Shown here: positions 12,201 to 25,956 of the stretch, piece after piece | Numbering within the stretch: the stretch's first letter is position 1 | How the letters are laid out: each line of letters starts with the position of its first letter | Origin: Yuukianura sp. NJ FZ-2021 | Lineage: Eukaryota | DNA length: 64,000 nt | NCBI GenBank assembly: GCA_046563655.1 | Contig: JAJCTO010000014.1 | Span: 62,001 to 126,000, forward strand | Direction: 5' to 3' | Notes under the pieces: generated by a model | The model's input: only the letters and a program-made list of their open reading frames with translations | Database searches by the model: none | Told to the model about the DNA's origin: nothing | Position numbers and translations under genes: made by a program

Positions 12201-15200
12201 CTGATTGGAGGAGAGCAAGAAACTATGAGGGGAAAATTTGGTAATTTGTCCCAAAAAAATAAAATTTAAAAAAAAAATCCAAATTGAGGAAATTTGAACA
12301 AGGGGTAAAAGTTATGTGACACGGCACGTGACTTGAATAAATTCAGACGTTTTCCGAGTAATAGTCACTTTTTCAGTGAGTGTGTTATTAACTCACATCC
12401 AACGTCACGAATGGAGAAGTTTGAACGTTTGAGTCGAATGTTTCCAACTGCTCCAACATTTAAAAAAGTGTTAAATTCTGCTTCAATTTCTTCTTTCGGA
12501 ACGTCTTCTACTCCAAGATCAAATGTGACTTGAACGTAGGCTGGATCTTGTATGTCACTAAAACAGAAAAAGAGTTACAATCGATTTTTTCCAAATTTTA
12601 TTATTTTCAAAAAAGTCTAAACTGTTTAGTCTCTCGTCACTTACGTAAATTCTGTTACTTTGACTGAAGCAATGTCGTAGGCTGAAGACTTTGTAATGGC
12701 ATCACTGAGCTGTTCTTCGTACACTTTGAAAGCAGGCTGTAAAACAAAAACAAAATTAAAAAAATTCAAACAAAAGTTCAAAAAAATTTTCTATTTTTAA
12801 ATTTCCGAAACTCACAGAAGTATTTGACGCTAGGGCGGGGCTCCAGCTTTTGTTGATCGTCAGTGTGATGCGATAAAATCCTGAAATTGTAAAAGACAAG
12901 GTCAGAGGTCAAAGGTCAACGATTAACGTTAGTTTATCGTTAGGTTATGTTAATCTTACGCTTGTGTGGGTCTCCTACTGGCCTAGAAGTGGACGATTGA
13001 CCTTGGTCAGGACTTTCTCCTGATCCCTCTTCTCCAGATCCAATCAGATCTTCATCATCAGTGTCTCGGACAGTTCTCAGATGCTCTTCCGCCCCGAGAC
13101 TTGTTGGAAGGTCAACGGTCGTCGGGAGACCAACGGTCGTCGATCGCTCAGTGGTCGCCGTTAGACCAATGGTCGTTGACACCTCAGTGGTCGTCGTGAC
13201 ATGATCGTTGACCTCGTTGATTTCTGGTGGTTCTCCAAAAATGTCATCGTCAAAGTCATCTCCAAAGTCGTCCCAACCGTCGTCGTTTCTTTTGAGTCTT
13301 CCAGAATCTGATGAGCCATTGGACTTTCTCCAACTGGCGGAAGAAGGTGACTCAAGACCAAGTGACACTGAGTTGGGCTACAAAAGTTACAAAGAAAGAT
13401 CACGGATTAGATCATCAGCATCTTTTACCAAAAAGCCACATTTTCAAAATGAATGGAAAATTCATAATCGTAAAGATTTGATGCGTCAGCGGTAAGGTTT
13501 GAGATCTTCTTTGTTAGGGTTAAAGAGATTACTTTTGGAGAAATCGATTTATTAAGTGAGCAGAATACAATCATTTTGAAAACATCATCGAAATTTTTCA
13601 CTACACAAAAAAGTTTTTATAGTAATAGTTACTCCCTCCAAAAAAAAAGTTCAGTTCCTGTTCAACTATTCGAACGAGACCAGACTGTTCACTGCACTTT
13701 TACTCGGAAGAGAGACTTCTAATAATAGAAAAAGTTTCTCATCCTTTTAAAAAAAATACGAAGTTTTTCAAGAAAAAAAATTTTTTTTTTTTTTTAAATT
13801 ATTGTGTCCTAGAAAACCAGAAAAACTTTCACCAAATTCACTTTCACTTTGTCAATTGAATCCAAACAACCAATACAGTTGTCTCTTCATATGAAGAAAT
13901 TCAAAAACGAAAAACCACAATTTCGCGTCTCTTCAAAAATTTTCATTTTTACAAATTCCGATTTCAAAACGAGTTTGAATTACACAGTTGATTTGGGGCA
14001 ACAATTTTATAAATCTGTTAAGGATCGAGTCGAGAATCAGAAAAATCTTTTTTTAAAATTTGAATTTCGGTTCGGTATTCCGGTTTTGGCTGGCCGAAAT
14101 AGAACCGATCATGTTATTTACTATTTAAATTTTTTTCAAATCGTGATCTATGATTCTTTTTTTTTTTGAAAAAGTAAACTGAATGAGTCGTTTCCTAGAA
14201 AATAATTGGATTTGTAGGAAGGGAAGAGACAGTTGACTCAATTTAGATTATGCTGGATAGGATTTGAGTGTTAAAGGAGGACGTCCCATTCACTTTCTTA
14301 AGCTTCTTTCCAAATTTACTTCACTTTCACTTCCATCTGCACAAGAGACAAACTTAGCTTTTGTCACTTTCAACACCTACTTCTCCGCCTACTCCATTTT
14401 CAAAATTTACTGGAAACAAAAACGAATCCAAAATCATTTCAGAGTTCAAAGGATTCCAAATTTGTCTCTTCAAAAAGCGAAACAGGTCGCTTTCAATTCC
14501 CACCACGCCCATTTCCAGCTGTTCCTTTAATTTTAGCACACGTCGTAACATGCACTTTTCAAAAACGATTCAAAAAAGAGGAGGAACTGAACAAAATTTA
14601 TGTCAAAATTTTTCAAAAAAAAAGCCGTGTGACATTCATAGCGTTATGATCTGGCTTTGAATTGAGATGCACATGTCCTAAACTGTTAAACAAAAATAGA
14701 ACAAAAGTCAACCCCTCAAAAAATTCTTCAAAATTTCACTTTTTATTTTTTTTTCCAGGCCAAAAAATTTTTGAGTAAAAATCCTTTGAAAAGAGTAACG
14801 AAGAGAAAGTGAGGGTGAAAGTGAGTTGATGGTCGTTGGGTACTTAATCCTGTTGAGTTCCCTTAAATTGGATAATGATACGGTTATGAAAATTGAGGAA
14901 GACTTTTGGCGAAAAGAGGGGAAGGGGAGGGGGACTTAAGGACTCTGGAAGTGTTTAAGCCTTAATGAATTGACAGGAGGAAATGGAGTGCCAAATTGTG
15001 TCACATCTTGGATCGTCCAGGTATTCTGGAAGAGCGTCTTCATAAATACCAATGAAGGAGAAAGCCCTTCATTACAAATTCCAACTGCAAAGACACACTT
15101 TCTCACCCCCTTGTCACCAGTTATGTTCAAAATGATAGGAAAGGTAAGACTAACAAAGTGACAGCCGTAATTCACATAAACTTCAGCAAAACCAAAGAGA

Positions 15201-18200
15201 AATTGCGCTTCTCGAAATCACTTTTTAAAAAACTTGTTTTAAAATGTTTTTTTTTTTGAAAGTGAGGCTGGGTGGTCCTATTATGCAAAGTTTTTAAGGT
15301 GTGAGATGCTCAAATTGCAGGGAACAAAAACCAACACTGATCTTTATCCTTGTGTTTGTGGTGATTTAAGGCTTAGATAAATTCTAACTGAACTTTGAGA
15401 ATATTCGTGATCTTTTTTCTTCTTCATCGGACCAGGTCAAAGGTCAAGCACATACTGCATCTTTCAAAATTTGAACCTCGGGTCATCAATGTTTACATTT
15501 TCATGACAACAGTCAGTTTCTTAAATTTCTGAAACAGCCACAAACCAAAATTCGCCATTTCGCTTATTTTGACGCTAAATTCAAAGGGTCAAGGTTCAAT
15601 TTATTTCGAAAATCGCTTAACAACTACATTCCAGCCGAGTCGGTCCGAATCAGGAGAAGCCTCTCCTGGAAATTCAATTGGTCAGCGCAACATTGTGAAA
15701 GCGTGTGGAGTTTTTCGTTTTATGCAAAACCGATCCGGGAGCCCTAAGTTTTTCGTCGCCATTCTTTTTCGAGTTTTTGGAGGAATTGAGTTCATACGTT
15801 TTTGAAAGTCGGAAGTTTTTGAAATGAAGACGTTCGAAAGTACGGTTGGGATGCTGTGCTGCGCAGTGTTGCTGGTGCTGGTTGGTTGGTCGGATGTCCA
15901 GGTTTCAGGCGACTGGTCATCATATGACAAATTGACACTTGAGGAGTTTGTACTGTCTGAAGCTAGGGATTGGGCTTGCTATCGCTTAAATCTAGATCGC
16001 GACAACCTCAGACTCTACTTGAAAAATAAAAAGGACTACATTAACCGGAAAGAGGGCGAAGAAATCCAACTTGGGAAAACCAAAGTTTCGAAGGAAGTTG
16101 CACTCAAGTACTACGCACTCGCACATAGAGTTGCACTGGAATGTTGCGCTTTGCAGCCACGAAAAGCAGGTCAGGAGTTCGTATTCAGATTGAACGGATG
16201 TCCCCAAAAAGAGATGGACAAGATGATAGCAGACGGTGTGGCGGAGATTGGACGTAACACGGCAGCAGGAAGTGCTGGAAATGCAACAGTAACAGTAGCT
16301 GGAAAAAGTACTGCTCTGGCGCTGCTTTCCTGCAAGTTTTTGGGAATGCTGCTCCTCACATTCGGACTTATCGCAAATTCCAACTAAAATGAATCAACAT
16401 CCAAGTAAAGTAGTTGAGGTAAGGTTTAACGAAGTCATTGTAGCTGCACTTTGTAGCCACTTTGCGGCTGCAATGGGTGGCTACCTTTGTTCCTTTGTTG
16501 CCACTAAGTGTAGCCACCTAATGTAGACACGAAAAATGGCGAGAGTGGTGGTTACACATGCGGCTACAACGACGGTCGTCAATGCTGACTTTAACCAAAT
16601 AAACTTCTTAGCTTCAAAAGAAAAAAAAAAGATAACATAAGATTTTGAAATTCAAACGCAGTAACACGAAGAATACCAAAAGTAAATTTTTGTTTTGTTT
16701 TTCCAAAATTTCAGCTTTTTTATGGCCCGACACTACAAGCACAAGGACACGCATCTGGTTTGGCATTCTCCATTGAAGTCATAAAACGGAAATACGCCTA
16801 AAATCAATTTGTGATTTTTCACTTTTCTTCCTACGCCAATTCAAAAACTGTACTAAACTTTTCCTTGGAAAATCATTAAATTTTCAGCTTTTCCTTGAAA
16901 ATCTTGTCACTTTTGTCGAAATTTTGAACTTTTTCAATATTAAAAGCATTACAATAATTCATTTTTGCACACCCAGTTTTTCGTTTATGCACCTTTCCGC
17001 GCTACCGCCTCGTTTCCTTTCAAGTCTTACTGCTGCGAAGCCTCACCGCCTCGAATTTTTGCAATTTCGTGTTCCAGTTTTTGAAAAACTGTTTTTCGCA
17101 CAATTTGTTTAGACTACAAGAAGAGTTAGTCAGAAAAAGTAAATAACTGTGAAGCAGTTGGAGTAAAAGCTTCCCTGTTTCCTTTCTCTCCTCAACAGTT
17201 TCGTACATGATGAGATGAATAATGGAAGTTTACATAAAATCTTTTTTTGTGACTGTGTTCTCAATTTCTTGGCAAGAATTTCCTGTAACTTTTGCCAACA
17301 AATGGCCAAAAGTCTTGCTTTTCAGGAACATAGTCTAAGCCTATGACTAAAAGAGCAGAACTAGCACTAGAAATTATACAGTACTAAATTAACGAGCCAC
17401 ACTTGAACAGAATTGTTTTTGGAACAGAGAATTTCAAAAAAGTTGCTTATGAGAAACATTTGTGACCAAATTTTAGCAGCCTGTCTCGTTTATTTCCAAA
17501 AAAATACAAAAATAAAAATCCGTCTCATTTCCTGCTGACAATCCTGACAAATAAAATATCCTTCAAAAGCTGTTTTTTAAACAAGAGCAACCATAAACTG
17601 AGTTTTCATAAACGAATTCTTAGAAAACGAGATTTTAATATTTGAGTTTTACAAATTCTGAGAAACTTTCCATCTCATGTGTTGAGTTTGGGTTTTACGG
17701 TGTCAGAAGATAGAGGAAGTGCAGAAAAACAAGGCGTTGACATAGTTTAAAAATGATAATTTCAGTGTTAATATAAATAAATTTTAGTACTATGATATGT
17801 TATGAAATTAGTTTAGTCAACTAATTAATTAGATGTTAATTAATTAGCTAAATTAGTCATTTGAAGTTTTGACAGCAAGGAACCTATTCGGCCAAAACTT
17901 TTTACTGTCAGCTGAAATTCAACATTTGCAAAACTTTTGACATTTGCGACACAATGCGTAGGTTTGCATTTTTTTAAACAGATCATTCCTAAAAATAAAA
18001 TGCAACTCTGGCTAACATGGTTGTAAAAATGCATTTTTGCACAAAGTTCCTTAGGTACCAGTTTGACCAGCTTGCAAATTTTTATTCGCAAAATGACTCA
18101 ATTGTTGGTCCAAATCTGGTCTAAAATTAAACTTTGATAACAAGACTTCTTGTATTCAAGCAGAAAGGAAAACAATGTACAAATTTTGGTGAACTTTATC

Positions 18201-21200
18201 ATTTCAAAATTCAAAATGTTACTTGAAAAACTTTCAAATTGAAAGTTTCAATTCAAGTTTAGTTTACAAAACTCAAAGTCAAAATGCAGCGAAATCCAAA
18301 GAAAAATACCGCACGTTGCGAAACACGAATTCGCACGCCAGGAGTATTACTAGAACTGTGTTAGCATTTTGTATGTCAATGTACCGAACTGCAAAAATTC
18401 TCAATGGATTTCAAATTGTTATGTTGTCATTTACTAAAAGCAATCGCATGGTCAAAGATTCAAACATTTTCTCTTTTTTTCAACCCAGTTCTATCAGTTT
18501 CGTCGATATCTCTCAATCTTCCATATTTTACAGCTAACTTTCACCGTTTATCGCAGTTTTGTTTTAAATTTGAATTGTTTGACTATCTAGATATGAGAAT
18601 CGCCTTGTTTTAGAATAATTGTTTCTTAAAATACAATAATTTCTTGTTTAAAATAAGTTGTAGCCAAAGCACTTTCAGAGTAGAATTGCTGTGTCTTTGT
18701 CCTTGGTCGTTGTGATGTCTAGAAAAATGGTTTTTGTGGATGTGAGAATTGGGTGAGTGCCAATTGGAGTCTGCGATGAATCTGGGCCACATTTTCCTTA
18801 GCAGTGTCTGACGATTACAACGCAAAGCACAACCACGCCTCTGCTTTCCTCTAAGTGAAATCACATCTTCATTCCTCTTTAGGCTGGAGAAAGCCATTTC
18901 CTTGTCCAGAGAAAAGACATTACAAAAAATGGAATGTCCTTAAAAAATAATAGCCAAAGATAGTCCACAGTTTGACTTAAATACACGAATAGAGCCAATC
19001 TATGCCCAAATCGAATTTCCAAAACACCAATATCCTTGGACATTTGACCTTGACCTTGACAGATCACTGAAATTTGAGATTTGTCAAACTTTCACTTTTC
19101 AAAAAAAAAAGTACGCTTTGTAGAAGTCACGTGATGAAACAAGACACGTTTAGGAATAATCAAAGCCAAAAAAAGTTGAGGGACAGAAGCTTGTGCTTTC
19201 TCTTTTTCACCTTTCGAAAAAATCTCGTAAACTTTTTTTTTCGTTTTTCGAATATTCATTGCCGCTCCTTCTCGCTCGAAACGACTTCCTCGGAAAGCTT
19301 TTGGCCGCCGATTTCAAGTTTTCTGGCAAATGGTAAACGGCTCATAAAATTTTGACGGTCCATTTTTCGCCAAAATTGCAATTCTCAACATAAGCAGCAC
19401 AAAAAGTACAAGTAAACCAACGGTGCTACAAAAACAGTTGACTTGGCTAATCTTTTCCAGATTTTACCAGAAATGAGTCATTTCATCAACAAAAAGTTTT
19501 TTTTATATACATAGTTTCAACGAAAATGTCTCACCAGCAGGATTTAACCTGAATGTTAGGCTAAGGTTAGGCTAGGATTAGGTTTAATGTTAGGTTGTTA
19601 GGTTTTGTGGAGTTTCAATAAAGTCAAAAACACTTTCTTGTTGTAGGGAGTGAAAGCTTCCTGTGAAGCATAAACCTCCAAACGAATGAAAGAATCGCTT
19701 TGTTCAGCCAACCAACGTTCTCCTCCCCCGCCCCCCGTTTTCGTCAAATTTCAATTTTGTCCAGTCCCTCCTGGATACTTTTGCCTAAAAATGTTCTCAA
19801 AAACTTTAATTTCTTTGGGGATTGTGGGATTCGAACACACTGCCTCACTCAATTTTAAAATTGGTTTGCAATTGTTTGCAAATCAAACAAAGTATTTCAT
19901 CAGTTACTTGTCTCCAAAAATCTATTTCGATTTCGGAATTTTTCGTGCAAAAAAAGAAGAAAGGTTCAAAAAAAAGTGGTGTAAAAGTAGCACAGAGAAA
20001 GCAAGGGGTGTTTGATGCTATTTTTTCGTTTTTTTTTGTGAAGTTTGTGAATCTGGTTGGAATTTTTGTGTTATGCGGTGGTTGAACCAAAGGAGGGTTT
20101 TGAGGGCGGGATGGCTGGTGAAAGAAAAGTGAAAGTGGGGGAGAAAGTGAAATAAAAAAAATGGGGCGCCAGGCTGGCGCCAAAATATCGACGGCAAAAC
20201 GCCCTTCTTGCAGACTTTCTCCACTTTCTCCCGCATTCCATTATAAGAATCCTTGTTATCACTCTTGTAAAACCTGCAAACATGACGACTTAACTACTCT
20301 TCCAACATTTTTATAATCACAGCTTAACAACTCAATCACAAATTGTACAAACTTAACATAACTAACTAACTTTAACTAATTCAACTAACTTTCACCGTAA
20401 GAAGCCCAACCACTCGCAAGTTGAAAGTCGAGAGACAAATTTTTCCAACGTTCGAGAAAACACAAATCAGATGGCCAGATTTGATTTGGCTTGCAGGAAG
20501 AGTTCTGTACTATTTGCCTATTTGGATTCAAAAATACAAAATTTTGAATTTGAAATTCGAAATTCATAAGTTGAATTTAATCTAGCCCTTGAGGGCCCCT
20601 TAAACTGGTTTGAGGCTGCACCGTTTTTGAAATATTTACAACCGACAAGGCCCTTATTTAATGAGCGGCTAATCCTCAATTTGAAGGTGTCTAAAAAGGA
20701 TTTGAGCGTGTCAATTTCCTTAACTAACTGGACACATTTCAGAAATCATCATCCAGTTTTACCGCAATGTAGACTTCTCAGAAACATACCACAAAGGGGC
20801 CTTCAGGGTATCTTGAATTCAAAATGTTAGCCTTCAAGGGCTCCCTTCTTTTTTCAATGAAAATAGATGGTGTATTGTGTAAAGTAGATGATTTCAGGGG
20901 TCACCTTTGCCCCTACAAGGACAAACACCAAAAAAACTGGATTCCAGAAAGTTTGTTGGAAGAAGAGTGATGCCCTTAGAGGGGGAGCCCTTAATGCAAT
21001 TGGAAATGGACTGTAATCACAAGTCCCCAGTGGAGAAGTGACTGAAGGATCAGTAAATCACTTCAACTTGATCCAATTTAGCCCTACCCTCAACAATCCA
21101 AATAAAGAAATCCATCCAAACATCTACCAAATACCACAATTCATTTCACTTTCAAAAAAAAGTTTCATAATTCATAGCTGAACCAAAAAAAAACGCTTTA

Positions 21201-24200
21201 AATTCCAGTTTTTGATTCAGAATGGGTAGATTTCGAGATTTCTGGGTCTAGGATTGAGTTTTTTTGGTGTAAATTTTCACTTTTGCTGATTTTTTTTGTG
21301 TAAATTTTATGTTTTTCGAAATCTGGGTTAACAAAAGGCGGGTGGATCCAGTTGGTTGAAGTAAGGAAGAGCCAAAGCATGTTTTCCATTATCAAAACAC
21401 GAGTAGAACAGGATAAGGTCTTTTCCACTTTGTGTTCTACTTCAATCGTCTATGTTGTCTCAAAAAGTGAGTGTAGGTTGCAAACATTCTTCTTTTTTTT
21501 CAAAATGCATTTTGAATTTTGGCTCTTGGCCGATCTGTGGTCATTTCCATAAGTTGACGTTAATCTAACTATGGCTGATTGGAGGTAATGAAGAAAAAAC
21601 AATTGACAATGGACGAACCCACGTGTATTCCTGGACACTGTGTGAATCCTTTGTTCCTTGTGACAGGGACATGTCACATGTCACAGCAAGACAGAGCATT
21701 CACCTCCTAACTACTTCCAAGGAAGTGTCTATTTACTCTTTTTTTGAAAAGCTTTTGCAAAGTCATCAAGTTTTCTTATGATACAAGTCCATTGTTGGAC
21801 TCAATTGACTCCAAAGTCAAAATCTGGCACGAATGGAGGTGTTTGCAAACATCCAAACCTGAATTCTAAAAAAAATATTTCGAAACTTTCACTTTCGAAA
21901 AGCAATTTCGAGATGTTAAAGCTTTGAAAAAAGAATGGAAGAAGCATAAGAACTTTGTTTTCCAAAGTTTGAGTGAAAATTTTTTAACTCGGTTTAAGAA
22001 AATCTTTTATGAAAGTAATGTTCGTTTTAGTTGGAAAATTTGACCTTGAGACCTCTGAATTACTTGACTGTGGAGAAGCAACATGTTGAAAAGTGGAAAT
22101 AGCTTTTTAAATTGCTGTTTAAAACGTGATGCCTCATTTGTACAAAGCCCGCAAGAGGATGTTCAAATAAGGAAAAAAAGAAATAAAAACCTGATGAGAA
22201 TTGGTCTTCGAATGAAGTCTTTTCAAACAAGTTAGACAAAGAGGAATAAGAGACATCATCAAACAATTTGCTCAAAACAAACAGCTCAAATTACACTTAA
22301 CCTAAAAATATGTTATGTTTTTATATATTTTTATAATTAAACAAATACAAATAATTCTTTGAAGTAAGGAATCACAGGTCTCTAACATTCGGATCTTCAA
22401 CAAGTTCTGTATTTACAGTCCAAAATTTGGCTGCGAGAAAGAAGTGAACGGCGTTGAAACTATACAAAAATTCGACCAAGGAAGTATACGAAAACTCAAT
22501 TTTGTGCAAATTTCAAAATTTTGAAAATTTTACAATAATTATAAATTTTTCAAAATTAAAAGCAAGTTTTGCTCTGCGTCTGTGTTTTGAAAACAAAACA
22601 AAAAGTTTGCAAGAAAAACTGCAAATTGCTGGTAATTTGCCAAGTGCAAAACCATTTTCTCCACCCACGCCTTTCACCTGAAGCCAAAACTTAAAAAAAA
22701 ATTCAAAATTTTGAAACCCAAAAACAAAAATATTGCTGACAGATTATGACCATTTACAAAGCAAAAATTTTTTATTACACGCACCATCTTCATCCCCCAT
22801 CAACCTCAATTCGCCTAAAAAAGCTTAAGTCTCACTTAAACTCGTTTTTGGATTTAACTGAAAACCGAAAATTTTTGAATTTTTTCAACTTTGACCTGGA
22901 ATTTTTTCTAAGCCAAATCATTTTTCACTGCAGCCATTCCGTCACTACGCATCTGTCACCTTTCACACCGCTGCGGTTTTAAAAACTTTCTGCCCACACT
23001 TTTCTCACCGCTGCGTACAGTTTTCAAAAACGACTTTTTCAAAAAGCGTCCACTTTTTTTTAAAAAGCATCTTAACGTCATACGTTCTGGTTTGACAGTT
23101 CTGATCGCTTGAAGCTGTTTACGCTCTAACGACCACCACCCCTACCAAAATATGTCACAACGTCAAAGATCTCAGACGTTGATTTAGTACTCAAGCAGTT
23201 CAAAAACACCGCCAAAATTCTTTTCACAAAAAATTCAGAAAACTTAAGTCTGCATTTTTTGCGAAGATTTTGTCTCGATGCTCTTGAACAAGAAGAAGTC
23301 AATTTCCTCTTTGTTTTCCTAGGAATTTAATGAAGATGAGCAGGGAAGATAGGCCAGGTCAAAGCAAAATCTCAAGTGGGATCTTGAGGAAACCAAAAGA
23401 AGCTTCTGCTAATAGCACTTTCAACCTAACCAACATAACAACATAACCTAAACAATGAAGATACACAACATACCTTAAAAGGAATAGATTTTGAAAAAAA
23501 AGAGAATTATGAAAGCGAAGTTTGGAAAACATGAGTCCAGCATCCTGCATGATCTTTGCTTCCTGAAGATCGTGGACCAGGGATGCTGGGGAAGAAGCGT
23601 GGGCTGCAAGAGGGGAATAAATCAAGGTGCTTCATCATTCCGGAAAAGCATTACAAGCAGTTTTAGCGTTCGTCTGTCCTTCATCACTCATTGGGTGCTT
23701 AAGGTCTCAGACTTTGCTTTAAGTTAAAACAAACTTGTTTAGAAATTGTTTTAAATTTATGCTTAATTGTTTAGGACAAAGGAATGACTGAGCCGACCGG
23801 CGCGTCACGCATGCGCAAGGCGCTGTCTGACCACTAGCCGCACCTTTGTATGGAAAAAACTAACAAACAATGTCAACTGTCAACGGAAACTGAGCAAGTG
23901 ACATGTGACCCCGCGTGGTCACTGGTTTTGTCAAGACCAAGTTTTTAGTAAGTGACAACCTGCAGCCAAATTCGATGAAGTTATGGGCAAAATGAGCATA
24001 ATTTGGACAATAAACAACATAAGTACACCAGAAAATTAGTTTTTCCCCAAATATTTTTCAAAATTCTCTCAAAGGTTAACTTTATTCCTGGAATTTTGCA
24101 AATTTCGACCACTTTTTGATTTAAAATGTGCAAAAACGGAGGTGTCGCGACGAGGTGAGTAAAAAAAAATTGACGTGACATAAGCGACTAATATCTTGGC

Positions 24201-25956
24201 GGCTTCAGCTATTTTTTTGCAACTTTGCAAAAATTCAAGAGTACAGAGACAGATTGAAAGTAAAAGACCAAGTCAGGGCTAAAAATACAATTCCAAAAAG
24301 ACGCTTGGAAGTTTGTCTCTGGCTTCAGTTGTTTTTGATGACCTTGGTTGAACTGTGGTTGACCCCGAGGTCAACTCCACCATAAACCGTGCAGACCAAA
24401 CAGAAGCGTCTGCGAACTCAATTCTCTTTTCTTTTTAAACTTTTCTTAAATAGAAATCAACAGCTTCTCAAAATTATTTAATCACCACTTGGAAAGAAAC
24501 ATTTCATTTCTGTTAGAAGATTCTACTTGACACAAGATAGATCTCTGGCTGGCTCCAAAGTGTCCTCCATTCATTTCCAAATCACTTGAACTTAATAAAA
24601 TTTTAACCAAAAACTACTTTTTGAAACGCACAATTTAGGTTTTTAGCCTGCTTTGTCCAATGGCCTTAATAATCCAACAAGATCAAACAAAACGATTTGA
24701 AAAAAAAAGTTGCTGTGATTTAAAAAAAAACGCACAAATTGGCTGGTCGCCAATTTTTCTTTGTTTTCCAATTTAAAATTGAAGTTTCAAATGTTATTGA
24801 TGCCAATTTTCAATTAAGACAGGCACAAGTTGACAATTTATTGGCAAAAATTGGCAAATCTGTGGTTCATTGGTCTCATTTTGCGCAACTTTTCAAAAAG
24901 AAAAGCCTTGAGACACAGACGGCATTATTTTTCTTAACAAAAGAATTAAAAAAATTGAATTGTATTTCAATTTGTGAATAGACCGAAGAATTTGAATAAA
25001 CTGAATCTTGAGATACAGTTTTGAACTTTTGAGCCAAACTTTAGTGAATTACAAAATTGAATTTGCGAATTTGCCAATTTTGAGAGTCTGACAGATTGAA
25101 GAAAGTGGCACCATGCATCAAATCCTTTTTTGACACTTTTGGAGATTAATCTGTGCAGATCTGCTTAAGTTTGAAAAATAATTTGACACGGTTTGTTAAG
25201 CAGAAACAGAGAACGTCTGGGCGTGACTTCTTATGTCATCTGTCTCACTTTGGATTTTTAGTTCACACGGGAAAAATATTGCAAAATCTGCATGTTGATC
25301 TTCCAAAACTGACTTTTTCATGCTCTCCTCATATTTTGTTAGAAGATTGGAGCGTGGGCGGTTTGCAAAAAATTTGCAAACAGGCAGTTTTGCACTTTCT
25401 AGTCTCATTTTCTACTGGCGCTTCGTTCCAAAATGACTTGGTGCCAAAATTCAAAATCTAAAAATCTTCCGGTACGTTTGGAAATAAACTTTAGGAAAAA
25501 AAATGACTGCAGATTCAACTGTGTGTAAAATTTGTTCAAATTTTAAAAAAATTGTCCAAATCAAGTCAAGTTTCTTAAGTTTTTGAAAAGAAAAACACAA
25601 AATACGTTAAAGTTTCATTTCGATAAGGAGGTCATCTTGATGACACGGACGGCGTCAGTTTAAGGTCGAATTGGCGCGAATTCCTTGATTTTCGAAAATT
25701 CAAGAACGTCGACATTCCCTTTCGATGGCCGTCAACTTTTTAAAAACTTTTCAATTTTGTGGAAATCTAAACTTTTATAATTTAAAAAACGCATCAAATC
25801 TTTACGAAGATGAATAGAAATTTGTAAAATTACGAATTCAAAAGTAAATGAAAAGAGTCAACTGACCTGTGCCTCCTTGGCCTGTAGAAGTGTGAAGACG
25901 AGGAATGTAGTGAGGGCCAAAAGGGCCCAGGGCCCTGAAGGGCCTCTCAGAATCAT
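279..25956 (-). CDS. trol: Perlecan/trol (HSPG2)-like proteoglycan, 5' portion; multi-exon, continues beyond the left edge
   Basis: Exon 1 25956-25867 encodes signal peptide [30 protein letters not shown] and splices in phase 0 to exon 13377-12960 (acidic/Thr-rich, [18 protein letters not shown]-attachment motif). SEA-like exons ~12880-12816, 12737-12645, 12557-12397 ([12 protein letters not shown]...YVQVTFDL...VGNIRL). Then 12 LDLa modules at ~12037-11912, 11428-11119 (split), 10761-10640, 5074-4920, 4385-4275, 3497-3377, 2476-2338, 2026-1815 (split), 1645-1514, 1440-1324, 1017-809 (split), 437-279, all GT-AG. Downstream Ig/laminin domains lie outside the window, so the ortholog call rests on N-terminal architecture. 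Confidence 0.8.
7052..7145 (-). CDS. Alternative internal first coding exon of the perlecan-like gene, encoding a second signal peptide
   Basis: ATG 7145 gives [31 protein letters not shown] plus 1 nt, then a GTAAGA donor at 7051. Phase 1 matches the LDLa exon starting at 5074. Confidence 0.7.
15824..16387 (+). CDS. Intronless 187-aa protein of unknown family, signal peptide and probable GPI-anchor signal; nested antisense in perlecan intron 1
   Basis: N-terminal hydrophobic [12 protein letters not shown]; small-residue stretch TAAGSAGNA followed by hydrophobic C-terminus [20 protein letters not shown]; more GC-rich than its flanks; AATAAA at 16598-16603. Confidence 0.8.
   Translation: MKTFESTVGMLCCAVLLVLVGWSDVQVSGDWSSYDKLTLEEFVLSEARDWACYRLNLDRDNLRLYLKNKKDYINRKEGEEIQLGKTKVSKEVALKYYALAHRVALECCALQPRKAGQEFVFRLNGCPQKEMDKMIADGVAEIGRNTAAGSAGNATVTVAGKSTALALLSCKFLGMLLLTFGLIANSN
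16438..16569. repeat. Short inverted-repeat element built from TGTAGCCAC motifs in the 3' UTR of the nested gene
   Basis: Ends TTGTAGCTGCA (16438) and TGCGGCTACAA (16559) are reverse complements with 1 mismatch; internal TGTAGCCAC/GTGGCTAC copies. Confidence 0.5.

Noticed and set aside
15824..16387. Calling the nested gene an insulin-like peptide
   Set aside because: Only 4 Cys in the predicted mature region; lacks the CC-x3-C-x8-C and two-Cys B-chain pattern.
19555..19605. TTAGG-rich stretch resembling the arthropod telomeric repeat (also 140-250)
   Set aside because: Short, degenerate and not tandem; consistent with low-complexity intron sequence.
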